In this document: positions 10,741-20,770 of the stretch, one piece after another
How positions within the stretch are numbered: the stretch's first letter is position 1
Layout: every line of letters starts with the position of its first letter
Origin: Octopus bimaculoides
Taxonomy: Eukaryota
Direction: 5' to 3'
DNA: 33,678 nt
NCBI RefSeq assembly: GCF_001194135.2
Contig: NC_068986.1
Coordinates: 35,741,685-35,775,362 of the forward strand
Position numbers and translations under genes: made by a program
Notes under the pieces: generated by a model
Told to the model about the DNA's origin: nothing
Database searches by the model: none
What the model saw: the letters and a program-made list of their open reading frames with translations, nothing else

Positions 10741-13700
10741 GTAAGTAAGATGTGATTTGAGTGAGTTTTGTGGGGTATTCCTAGCGTCTCGATCAACCAC
10801 AAGGTTTTTCTCCAGGGTCTTTGCGAATACTTATCAAAAAATTCCACCAGTTACCACCCAGTCATTTTTGTGGTGTTAAGGATTGCTTCATCTCATATGT
10901 CCTCCATTGTTCAATACGGCAATGGTATGCTTTGAAAAAGATATTGCTATTTGCAGTGCGTAGATGGTCACATAGAGGCTAATTCGTTGGCCCTTTTACA
11001 ATCTTTTGTCTTTAGTTGTGTTTCAGGATGTCACATAAGAAACTTATTGTCACACAAGCAAACGAGTGAGCCTCTTCGTTATCATCCAATTTGCTGGAAC
11101 TAGCTTGTTGAATGACATCAAAGTGCACTGTAATATATTAACACTAGAAGTAGCAGATAGATTCTATCTTTCTAGGTAAGTGTGGACATATTTGGAAAAC
11201 TGTCTAAAACATGCAATAATAGAATTCATTAAAAGGAACAAATGCAAAATTAATCGAATCCATGTAAGTCTAATACGTTAACTTTTATATTCTTCGTGTA
11301 ACAACAATCTGAAAACTGAAATGAATTACAATAATCTCTTAGTAATTTTATGCAGAACTATATGCTTCTAAAAGATGGTGTAGTTACATCTGGAGTAACT
11401 TTGTTCAAAGTTCTGCTTGATTATCCCTGCCTTGAAGCTTAAGCACTAACAATTACGACTAGTTGGTTCAGCTCTAAGAAAGCACACTATCATACTGAAT
11501 CATATCAAAATTCATTCCCCTATTATATTTCTGACAGAGATCATTCTACTATAGTCAAAACACATCATGTGAAACCAGCATTAAGATAGGTAAAAGAGCT
11601 TTTAAGAATAACCTTCAATAGAGAGGTCATGAACATTTCGTCATTTTGTGTAGTGATAAAGATGTTTATTGCACATATCAAGAGATTCTTAATTCAATTT
11701 AATCATTACCACAACATTTAGTAAAGACGCTAAGAATGCTAAACGTCACAAGTTTGATGAAGTTACAGAATAATGCAGCATATTGTCGAAACTGCATCAC
11801 AGAAAATAAGATGCCTTTTAAGAACTACAAAATACTGCGGTGTTGAGCAATTGCTAATTCTCTAAGCTCAAGTAGCCATAATCATAACCTTTATCTGAAA
11901 TCAAGTTTCTACTTCTCTGAAATAGTCATCTGCACACCCTCTCCAAAACGACTGCGTTGTTGCTCCTATTTTCATTACTCGTGTAGTGCGTTATTCGAGT
12001 CCTTTTTAGCCGTCGAGATAAACTTTTTGTTTCCACTCGACTGGCTAGAAATAAGAGGCAAGTCTCCCTCAAAGTATCTTCAAAGTATCCTGTGAAGACG
12101 GGATATAACAGAATATGAATATTCTTCAAACGACACATATAAGTGGAATACCTTTTCCATTGTCGTTGATCTAGGACTAAAAACAAGTGCAACAACTCAT
12201 TTAGTCTTTTGTCTTAAGAAATGTAATTCTCTGGAATACTCAACCTTGGTCAGTTTCTCACTTTTCTTGATGTATCTTCAGACTTGTAATGCATAACCAC
12301 AAATATCACACACATCCCAATTGATTTGTTGATTGCTAACACTGATCGCCGAATTAGGCCTTTTAATAATATGGATGACTTTTGGATAATTCCACTGGCT
12401 GATCGTGAATAAAATGCATTGTTATTTTCAATTGTTTACATCGTAATGCTTTCCCAGTATGCTCTGTTTCTATCTAAAAAATAGTGCAGGTCCTCTACTA
12501 CTTAACAAAAACCAACATTGAACATGTATTATCAATTATTTTGTACATGCTTAAGCATATTTCACTCATATAAATGTTACTGTATATTATACATTTGATA
12601 CCTCATGACATTTGCAACGTCACATTAGAAGAGAGTTTCATGTTCATAATTGTTATTCTGGTTATTTCTAAACGCATTTTCACACTCTTTCATCATTTAG
12701 TTCTAACCTAATAAAAGTAAATTCCAATTAAATTTCTGTTAAAACTCTGGTGAAAATATAACTTTGATTTTACACTATAAAGGCTTCTAGAGTTTTCAGA
12801 CATTGCCAAGCGAAATTAAATCTGAAAATAACTGCACTTACGATTGCATAACATGAAGTATAAAGTATTTTAAAAGTATTTTTCAATTCCATCGTTTTAT
12901 GCATACGAACAATCTTCCAAAAGTTATTGAATTTCTTGAACATAAGCTAAAGTTTATTGATCTCGTATCATTATAGATATTGTCTAACAAACAACAGAAG
13001 GGAATCCTAGAACGAAATATTTTCGTCATTAACTGTCGAAATATGTTTATTATGCATGCAAAGTAAGACCCCTTTAATGATTTATATGTACAAGAGAAGT
13101 TTAAAGTAACGTGTAATATATATATATATGTATCACTTCTTGAAAGTAACTCGACTATAATGTATTACTTAAATTTGCTCATTCGAGTAAATTATTAATG
13201 ATATTTACAACAAGTTTCATATTTGTTTATAATTGTATGTCCATGTCAGTATTTACGGAGAACAGTGAATGCCTCAGCAAGTCTCAGCCCAATTATATTT
13301 TCTTCGATGTCTTGATATTTGATATAACATTTTATTCATGTTACTTTAACATGTCAGAACATGCGAAGATGTTCACCTCGGATTTATTTTTGGTCTTTAA
13401 TAAAATTCCTTTGTAGAAGTAGCTTACTAGCAGTGAGTTTCTCACAGTAAGCTAGGTTGAGGATTAGACCATGGTGAAGTCAATTAACCCATCCTACCTA
13501 TATATCATAGCAAAATTTAGGCTCCACGATCACATATGACCTCTTCAGGTAATCTGACACTGAAAATATTACAAAATTTGCGTATCCAAAACTAGTAAAA
13601 CACTTCAGCTTCAAACAAATAACTCTCTCAGATGAGATGCAATGCCTCAATTGGACCCACACCTCAGATGGTGCTGCTGATACAAAGAATGACTTCACGC

Positions 13701-13904
13701 CGTAGCTAAATGTAGGCCATCCGACATATTGCCAAAAATTCACTGGTTTGCTTAAAATTCTTGCCCACAGACAAGATATAAGTTGTTCTTCCCTTATTTG
13801 ATTTCCTCTGAGGTTCATTACAAAGATAATGGATCCCAGAATTTTTTGTGGTTGGCAAATAAGATGTATAATGGGGACTTTTTATGAGCAGATTCATAGC
13901 ACTT

Positions 13905-13907
13905 ACA

Positions 13908-13956
<49 letters not shown>

Positions 13957-14016
13957 GTCTGTCTGTCTGTCTGCTGCCTGCTTACGTACTACCTACCTAC
14001 CTACCTACCTACCAAC

Positions 14017-14051
<35 letters not shown>

Positions 14052-14052
14052 C
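13905..14052. repeat. (ATCT)n/(GTCT)n/(ACCT)n tetranucleotide block
   Basis: Direct read. Confidence 0.95.
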
Positions 14053-14069
14053 ATTACATACAAAAGAAC

Positions 14070-14190
14070 ACACGATAATGGAAGGTAAAGTTGGCCTCGG
14101 CAGGATTTGAAGCTTTACCGCAGTGATCAGGAACAAATGTAGCAAGGCAGTGTTTTCCTGATACTTTAATAATTCTGCCAGTTCATGGCC
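14070..14190 (-). mobile_element. Degenerate family-A SINE head
   Basis: Minus strand gaactggcagaattatt...cttcaaatcctgccgaggccaactttaccttcc. Confidence 0.65.
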
Positions 14191-14634
14191 TATATAAGAC
14201 GATGAGATTCCATTCAGAAGGTGATATAAATCACATCACGGTCTCGGCCACCTGGGACCTTTGCCATTGCTCAGTGATGTTCACTGGAAACATTCCCAAT
14301 ATAAAACAAATAAATAAATAAAATGGAAAATACAAAGTGAGCATTGATTTGAACTAAAATGCCCCAAATTGATTTCCCACTAGAAGTTGAAAAGGCCAAT
14401 CAAAGCACAATAGCTAATGTTTATTCTGTGGATTGGAGAAAGTAAAAGGAAAACAGAAAAGTAAAAAGCATTAATAATTTGCTCAGAGTTTCTCATTGTT
14501 ATCTGTCAGAACTTCTTAGAAGCAATCAATCCATTTCCTGCTTAATTGTCAGAAAGACAAAATAAAATTAAACCACGAAAGAACACCACGCCAAAAATCA
14601 ACAACAGAAAACAAAAGCAACTCCCCCCCCCCCC

Positions 14635-14648
14635 NNNNNNNNNNNNNN
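14635..14648. other. Assembly gap
   Basis: N characters. Confidence 1.
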
Positions 14649-15022
14649 ACAAAAAAAAATAACAAAACAAAAGAAACAAAACTCGAACCAAAACGGAACG
14701 GAGTAATGAAATGGGCTGGTAAAATATATTAAATCGACTATTTTGCTACAAACAAGTTATAATCGTGTGCACTCAATGTTTCCATGTGTACATTTACAAA
14801 ATTAGATTTCTTATTTATTTCTTTTTTTGCATTAGTTTGTCACATTTAACCTCCCCTACAGGTCGCGTGTACTTTTATTTACTTCAAATTTTGTTTCTAA
14901 GTTGATCACTTTAGTACATCTATAGAATCGCAACAGCTGGTTATGTTGAATATTAATTTCAACAAGTGATTTATATCACAGGATTTCTTTTTTCTTTATT
15001 TGTTGTCGTGTAATAATAATTG

Positions 15023-15023
<1 letters not shown>

Positions 15024-15093
<70 letters not shown>
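15024..15093. repeat. (TTA)n tract at 3' end of the R4/Dong-like element
   Basis: Direct read. Confidence 0.95.
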
Positions 15094-15347
15094 CATTGTT
15101 CAGTAGTTTTATTTTTATAATGTGCTTTCACTTCACTACCGAGCGAAGCTCTGTGCGCCTTGGGTATGTGCTGTGGTTTGCTGTGGTACTCTTATGTTTA
15201 CTGTATTGAAAGTGTTTTGCGTAGAATGTGTGCAGTACCCAGTAGTGCAATTTTCTGTATGTTATATATATTTGTAAGTCCTGGTGTTTTTGTTATGTAT
15301 TTGTCTGAATATTTCTTTTATTATACCTAAGGCACCTACTATGATAG

Positions 15348-15960
15348 NNNNNNNNNNNNNNNNNNNNNNNNNNNNNNNNNNNNNNNNNNNNNNNNNNNNN
15401 NNNNNNNNNNNNNNNNNNNNNNNNNNNNNNNNNNNNNNNNNNNNNNNNNNNNNNNNNNNNNNNNNNNNNNNNNNNNNNNNNNNNNNNNNNNNNNNNNNNN
15501 NNNNNNNNNNNNNNNNNNNNNNNNNNNNNNNNNNNNNNNNNNNNNNNNNNNNNNNNNNNNNNNNNNNNNNNNNNNNNNNNNNNNNNNNNNNNNNNNNNNN
15601 NNNNNNNNNNNNNNNNNNNNNNNNNNNNNNNNNNNNNNNNNNNNNNNNNNNNNNNNNNNNNNNNNNNNNNNNNNNNNNNNNNNNNNNNNNNNNNNNNNNN
15701 NNNNNNNNNNNNNNNNNNNNNNNNNNNNNNNNNNNNNNNNNNNNNNNNNNNNNNNNNNNNNNNNNNNNNNNNNNNNNNNNNNNNNNNNNNNNNNNNNNNN
15801 NNNNNNNNNNNNNNNNNNNNNNNNNNNNNNNNNNNNNNNNNNNNNNNNNNNNNNNNNNNNNNNNNNNNNNNNNNNNNNNNNNNNNNNNNNNNNNNNNNNN
15901 NNNNNNNNNNNNNNNNNNNNNNNNNNNNNNNNNNNNNNNNNNNNNNNNNNNNNNNNNNNN
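15348..15960. other. Assembly gap inside the R4/Dong-like element
   Basis: 613 N characters. Confidence 1.
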
Positions 15961-16043
15961 GGCTTTTCTTGCCATCGTTTTATCATGGTCCGTTGCTGTT
16001 CTAGTTTTAGTTTGGATTTCATTTGTTTTATAGCTTTTGTTGT

Positions 16044-16094
16044 TTCTTCTTCTTCTTCTTCTTCTTCTTCTTCTTCTTCTTCTTCTTCTTCTTC
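16044..16094. repeat. (TTC)17, in frame as poly-Glu in the retroelement ORF
   Basis: Direct read and translation. Confidence 0.95.
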
Positions 16095-16205
16095 TTTGTA
16101 TTCGTTAGGTAGATTGATTTCTTGTTTGTATTTGTCAGCTTCCTTAAATACTGAAAACAGTTTTTTGTTTTGCTCGTGTTTTGTGGCTATGTGTATTAGT
16201 TTCCC

Positions 16206-16253
<48 letters not shown>
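16206..16253. repeat. (TTA)16 at the 5' truncation point of the R4/Dong-like element
   Basis: Direct read. Confidence 0.95.
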
Positions 16254-16255
<2 letters not shown>

Positions 16256-16872
16256 TCTACTACCTTAAAGACAAATACATTTCAGTGTTTAATTATACGT
16301 AAATTGTGTAATCGTTTTAATTTCTCGAGAAAATATGAAAAACTGGAAAAACAAATTCAAACGTCAAAACATAAGCAAACGCAAGTTTGAATGTAAGAAA
16401 TTAGAATACGTTTACATTGAGTGTAAATACTTCCTGAACAGTGCCAATTGAAAGAAATTATTTCACAGGAAAGAAATTAATCAATAAATACAGTAAACAT
16501 TAAATGCATAAATTTTCTGTCGCATGACTGGAGAAACTTAATCCATAACGAAAGTAAATAAAGAAAACAAACAAAATCAAATAAGTAGGTAAGAAAGTCC
16601 CTTTTTAATGCTTCAGTAGTGACATTATATCACCTTCTAGAGCTCCCTTTAGAAATTTATATTCTGTTCCAGATGCTAAAGCTAACATAACAGAATTAAA
16701 TTATATACTGCTTATACTGTCCGTGCTTTGACAAGTATCATGGTTTTCCGCCATGATTGCTACTTAGAAATATTGTGTGAAACACTGAGAAGGTTTGTTT
16801 GAAAGGCAAAGATAAAAAGAAAAGATGACGGTCATTTGCAATGTTACTATCTCTATACCTTTTAGTTTGCAG

Positions 16873-16933
16873 CGTATATTTACGAAATGTTGGTTTCGTT
16901 TGAACCGGGAGGAATATTACTGTACATTAAGTG
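16873..16933 (+). CDS. Candidate 61-nt exon (YIYEMLVSFEPGGILLYIK or RIFTKCWFRLNREEYYCTLS)
   Basis: Acceptor ccttttagtttgcAG and donor gtg|GTAAGT; two of three frames open. No homologue recognised. Confidence 0.35.
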
Positions 16934-17043
16934 GTAAGTTGTCTTGGGCATGATTTTGTACTGCATCCAGTTGCGAGGTTCTGGTTCTGAACTTCATGAA
17001 TCTGAAGAGTTTGGAACCACATCTTAGCTACTATTGTCGCTAA

Positions 17044-17117
17044 GACTTGGAGTAATAGCACCTGTCAGAATCTCAGCTATGGGTTAATCAGCAAGTAGTC
17101 GGGCAGATGCAACCCAT
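17044..17117 (+). ncRNA. Degenerate HDV-like ribozyme fold at RTE 5' end
   Basis: P1 GACU 17044-47/AGUC 17097-100; P2 AUGGG 17079-83/CCCAU 17113-17; GG after P1; J4/2 CAA 17110-12. P3/L3 (UCC) not recoverable. Confidence 0.35.
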
Positions 17118-17617
17118 CTAAGGAAAGGAAAACCCTGATTCGAAACCTCCACTACCTTGCAGCCATACGCGGCCATGGGAGAGACTTCTGAAGAAAACTC
17201 AGAGAGAAACCGGGAATCGGAGATTCTGAGGCAGTCCGACGTTGTCTGCAACTTCGTTTTCGCAACTCCTGCAACGATGCTGGTGCCACAATGCAACAGC
17301 TATGCTGTTCCTTTGGATTCATCAGTGACGTGGAGACGCAAGACAGACTGCATGGGCAAAAATCTGTCTTCCATATCATAATTTCCAGGCTCGGGTCTTA
17401 CCCCTATTTTAGAAAGACTGTTGAATGCAGGAGAAGAAAGGCGGGTCCACAGAAAAGAACATTACAACTCAAGCAGCACCAAAAGGACAGCTCAAAAGAG
17501 CGTGCGTGGCAGAGACTGCCATTCTTGTATGGGACGATTCAATCATAGACAACGCTGTCCTTGTGGGGTGGTCAACTAAGTCTTACACCCATGATCGTTA
17601 ATGACAGATGGAGGCCA
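17044..17617 (+). mobile_element. Internally deleted RTE-clade LINE (5' UTR fused to ORF C-terminus and 3' tail)
   Basis: 17412-17579 translates ERLLNAGEERRVHRKEH...GRDCHSCMGRFNHRQRC..*, the RTE C-terminal zinc-finger-like end with the first Cys pair decayed. 3' tail ccatgatcgttaatgacagatggaggcc. 17100-17390 matches RTE 5'-UTR sequence as recalled (ggaaaaccctgattcgaaacctcc...gttcctttggattcatcag). Confidence 0.8.
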
Positions 17618-17951
17618 TAAATACATAAGGAATCAGTAGATAGCTGTGATATTCATGCTTCTCCGAAGAACATTAGACGCTCAGATAAATTAAAAGAACT
17701 GATAAAAGAAACAATCTTATGAAGGGCTGAAAGTTATCTCTTGTTCCAGCTAAAATATTGATTCGGTGTGGAGTTGTTTTAGTTTAAGTCAGTCGTGAGC
17801 CTTACCGTCTCAGAAACGTATGCCCCAAAGCATTCCGACTATGAACAACCCGTTATTTTCCCATCATTTGTGTATCTTGCCTTATATTATCAAATTTGTC
17901 TATGTTTAGGTAAATGTGGTTTCTGAAAGTCTTGGCTGTTATTTCTAGCAA

Positions 17952-18055
17952 ATCGAAGTTAACATCGGTGACGTTTGGACTCCGAACGCAAAGTGCCGGA
18001 ATAAATACTGTAATATATTTCGTTCGTCACTAACGATTCTGCCATTTCCGTGTTT
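17952..18055 (-). mobile_element. Degenerate family-A SINE head
   Basis: Minus strand tggcagaatcgttagtgacgaacgaaat...gcgttcggagtccaaac. Confidence 0.65.
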
Positions 18056-18095
18056 TGTAGAAAGGAAAGGACTGTTATAAATTTACAGACAAACT

Positions 18096-18492
18096 ACCAA
18101 CCACATGGTTCAGGATTCAGTCCACCGTTGTGGTACCTTGGGCAAGTGTCTTCTACTATAGACTCAGGCCGACCAAACAAAGCGTTGTGAGTGAATTTGG
18201 TAGACGGAAACTGAAAGAAACCTGTCGTGTGTGTATATATATATATATATATATANNNNNNNNNNNNNNNNNNNNNNNNNNNNNNNNNNNNNNNNNNNNN
18301 NNNNNNNNNNNNNNNNNNNNCACTTGACAAACGATGCTGGCATATCTACGCCTCCGTACCTTAGCGGTTCGGCAAAAGAGACTGATAGGCTTACAAAGAA
18401 TAAGTCCTGGAGTCGATTTGTTCGATTGAAGGCGGTGCTCCAGCATAGCCGCAATCAAATGATTGAAACAAATAAAAAATAAAAGAATAAAC
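18096..18492 (+). mobile_element. Composite CORE-like SINE (B + (TA)n/gap + C)
   Basis: ccaaccacatggttcaggattcagtcc...gtaccttgggcaagtgtcttctactatag (CORE-like) followed by the C module cacttgacaaacgatgctgg...cgcaatcaaatgattgaaacaaataaaaaataaaag. Confidence 0.85.
18256..18320. other. Assembly gap
   Basis: N characters. Confidence 1.
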
Positions 18493-18519
18493 TCATCAGC
18501 GTGAATATCTATTGTGTAT

Positions 18520-18554
18520 ACTATATATATATATATCAGTCTGTCTGTCTGTTC

Positions 18555-18602
<48 letters not shown>

Positions 18603-18660
18603 GTCTGCCTCTCTCTCTCTTTCTCTCTCTCTTTATATATATATATATATATATATAAGT
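18520..18660. repeat. (TA)n/(ATCT)n/(CT)n compound microsatellite
   Basis: Direct read. Confidence 0.9.
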
Positions 18661-19074
18661 TACTCTGTGTGCGTTTGTATTTATATGTGTGTGCGTGTGT
18701 GCGCGTTTATGTGTGACAATGTGATTCACATGAATTTAGTTCATTTTACTTGATACATACCATCCCAAATGCTCAAGAAATCATTATAGTCACTTAAATA
18801 TAATACCGGAGAAACCAAATTTATCCCTAAGGAGAAATTAAACAACGGAGGTTTCGATAGACCATATTAAAGAAACTACTATTAGTAGTGCCTATAGCTT
18901 TTAGTTTATATTAGATTGATTACAGTTCCTGAGTGGGTTTTATTCTATTGGCTTACGTTGGATGAAACTCTGGCGGGATTTGAAGATCTTCGCTCTATCG
19001 ATTCTGATAAATCAATAAAAATGATACTGAATTTTATCATAGCCACAAGGCTAAAAATTGCGGGTGACTACAAG

Positions 19075-19365
19075 ACCTGAAATTTTGGGAGAAGGGATTT
19101 AATTGGTTACAGCGATTAGTCCCCAGCCGATATTTATTTTATCGACCCGAAACTATGAAAGACAAAGTCGGTATCTGTGATTTTGAGCTCAGAGAGGAAG
19201 AAATGCCACTGAACATTCTGTCCGGTAAGTTTACGATTCATAAAAAGAATGATATTGGTTTAAAATTTTGGCACACGGTCAGCAATCTTTTGTGGGGAGG
19301 TAAGTTGATTACATCGACCTCACTTCTCGTATGGTACTTATTCTATTGGCCCCGATAAAAGAAGT
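19075..19365 (-). mobile_element. Two tandem degenerate family-A SINE fragments
   Basis: atttattttatcgacccgaaactatgaaagacaaagtcg...tttgagctcag (19075-19240) and aaattttggcacacggtcagcaat...gattacatcgacc...ggtacttattctattggcccc (19258-19365). Confidence 0.7.
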
Positions 19366-19733
19366 TAAATAAGATTCGGTTAAAAAGCCTGGAGAATGTT
19401 TTGTAAACTCATCCAGCTATTGGTTACCTGATGTCATCATACAGTTGAAATGATTCTGCTACGGCATATGTAATACATCGGGAATTTCATAGTATCCGTT
19501 GAGTTTACATAAATTGACACAAGACAGAAAGTGGAATGAACGACATACTTCATTTAAAAATCATTAAATTGTTTCGACACATTTCTACACCTGTTGTACA
19601 TTCGTGAGATGTCATCATTATCATGCATGTAGAATGCGCTCCCTCGGGTGACTGTTTAATGAAATGGGTTTAGTTTTATCTGTAAACTGCTGAAAATGAC
19701 ACAACAACTTGGCTATGGATTCTCACACGGAGT

Positions 19734-19961
19734 GAAATTACGAGTCTAGGACATTTACCCCGCCCCCATAGACAATAACCCCCACCAAAGACAATTATCC
19801 CCGAGGACAACAGATGATGATTTTAAACTTCTTAATATATTAGAGAGGGGGTAATTAACCAAGGAAGGTAGTTGTCTTAGGGGGTAGTTGTCGTCGGGAG
19901 TAATTGTCATATGGGGGTTAATTGTCCTCGTGGGGTGGTGGTAATTGTGCTGATACGGAAA
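19734..19961. mobile_element. Foldback-like MITE with inverted arrays of a 13-mer (GGACAATTACCCC)
   Basis: Left units at 19749, 19770, 19789 and 19805 (partial). Reverse-complement units at 19848, 19865, 19881, 19897, 19915, 19938. Confidence 0.7.
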
Positions 19962-20103
19962 TTGTTGCAGGAGATAACGAAGAACTTATTTAAACAATCA
20001 CTTGAAGAGACGCATTTTACACACTGGATACGTGATAGTGATTATATACTATCTCAACAATCTTCTACGGTTGTGGAAATCTGACGATTAAGAAATGAAA
20101 TGC

Positions 20104-20200
20104 GAAGTTGACATCAGCGGGGTTCGAACTCCAAACGCAAAGTGCCGGCGTAAATATTGTAAAGTATTTCGTCCGTCGTTCTTATGATTCTGCCAATACC
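20104..20200 (-). mobile_element. Degenerate family-A SINE head
   Basis: Minus strand tggcagaatcataagaacgacggacgaaatac...gcgtttggagttcgaacccc. Confidence 0.65.
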
Positions 20201-20358
20201 GTATTTTTGTCGGAAAAAAAAAACAGGACAAAAACAAGATGCTTTATTTGAACGTCCACCTCCTAGTTGACTCATTTATTTTAAATTTTATAAATCTACC
20301 AATTCCTAAATAAGGAGGATTATAATATTGATAGATAAATAGATAGATAGGTAATTTG

Positions 20359-20565
20359 TTGTGTCTGGGGAGTCATTCTCCTTTAGTGCCTTATTATTTA
20401 ACACACTCACCGGTAAAGTTTCCACTCATTTACTTAGTTATTTTATCCTAAAATTTTCGTTGCGTCTTGCAACCGTTTCAATAATTAAGTAAATGAGTGG
20501 AAACTTTATCGGTGAGTGTGTTGAATAATAAGGCACTGAAAGAGAATGATTCTACCCAGACACAA
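20359..20565. mobile_element. Hairpin/MITE-like element with about 85-bp imperfect inverted repeats
   Basis: 20359-20442 is the reverse complement of 20480-20565 with a few mismatches and indels; 37-nt spacer. Confidence 0.8.
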
Positions 20566-20624
20566 GAAAATATGCTTCAACACGCGAACTCACACAACGA
20601 ATGTTGCAAACCAAATCCCAAAAC

Positions 20625-20690
20625 AAGATAAATAGATAGATAGATAAATAGATAGATAAACAGATAGATAGATAGATGGATGGATGGATG

Positions 20691-20746
<56 letters not shown>

Positions 20747-20770
20747 GATGGATAGATAGATAGATAGACA
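20625..20770. repeat. (GATA)n/(GGAT)n microsatellite
   Basis: Direct read. Confidence 0.95.

Larger units (their letters stand above)
15094..16205 (-). mobile_element. 5'-truncated non-LTR retrotransposon with restriction-like endonuclease (R4/Dong clade, Rex6-like)
   Basis: Minus frame from 16205 reads GKLIHIATKHEQNKKLFSVFKEADKYKQEINLPNEYK-E17-TTKAIKQMKSKLKLEQQRTMIKRWQEK. After the gap it reads IIVGALGIIK, then after a 1-nt frameshift KYSDKYITKTPGLTNIYNIQKIALLGTAHILRKTLSIQ* (stop 15198-15200). This matches the R4/Dong C-terminal signature (VGALG...QKxxLLGTAxILR). About 100 nt of 3' UTR; (TAA)n on both sides. Confidence 0.85.

Noticed and set aside
10800-11030. Minus-strand KRANELASM*...GW resembling an Academ-type transposase motif
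   Set aside because: Too few matching residues, several stops, and the expected Cys cluster is absent.
11750-11806. TTGATGA...GAAACTGCATC hammerhead-like string
   Set aside because: C3 is mutated, and stems I and II do not pair convincingly.
13528-13548. Minus-strand CUGAAGA followed by a 5-bp hairpin
   Set aside because: Followed by GUGG rather than GAAA; not a hammerhead.
13498-13818. Minus ORF with LWARILSKPVNFWQYVGW, reminiscent of Tc1 transposase
   Set aside because: No SDE/DDE residues, no TIRs, and the similarity is limited to about 15 residues.
19225-19306. Strong GTAAGT donors at 19225 and 19301
   Set aside because: They lie inside antisense SINE relics, with no matching acceptor or open exon.
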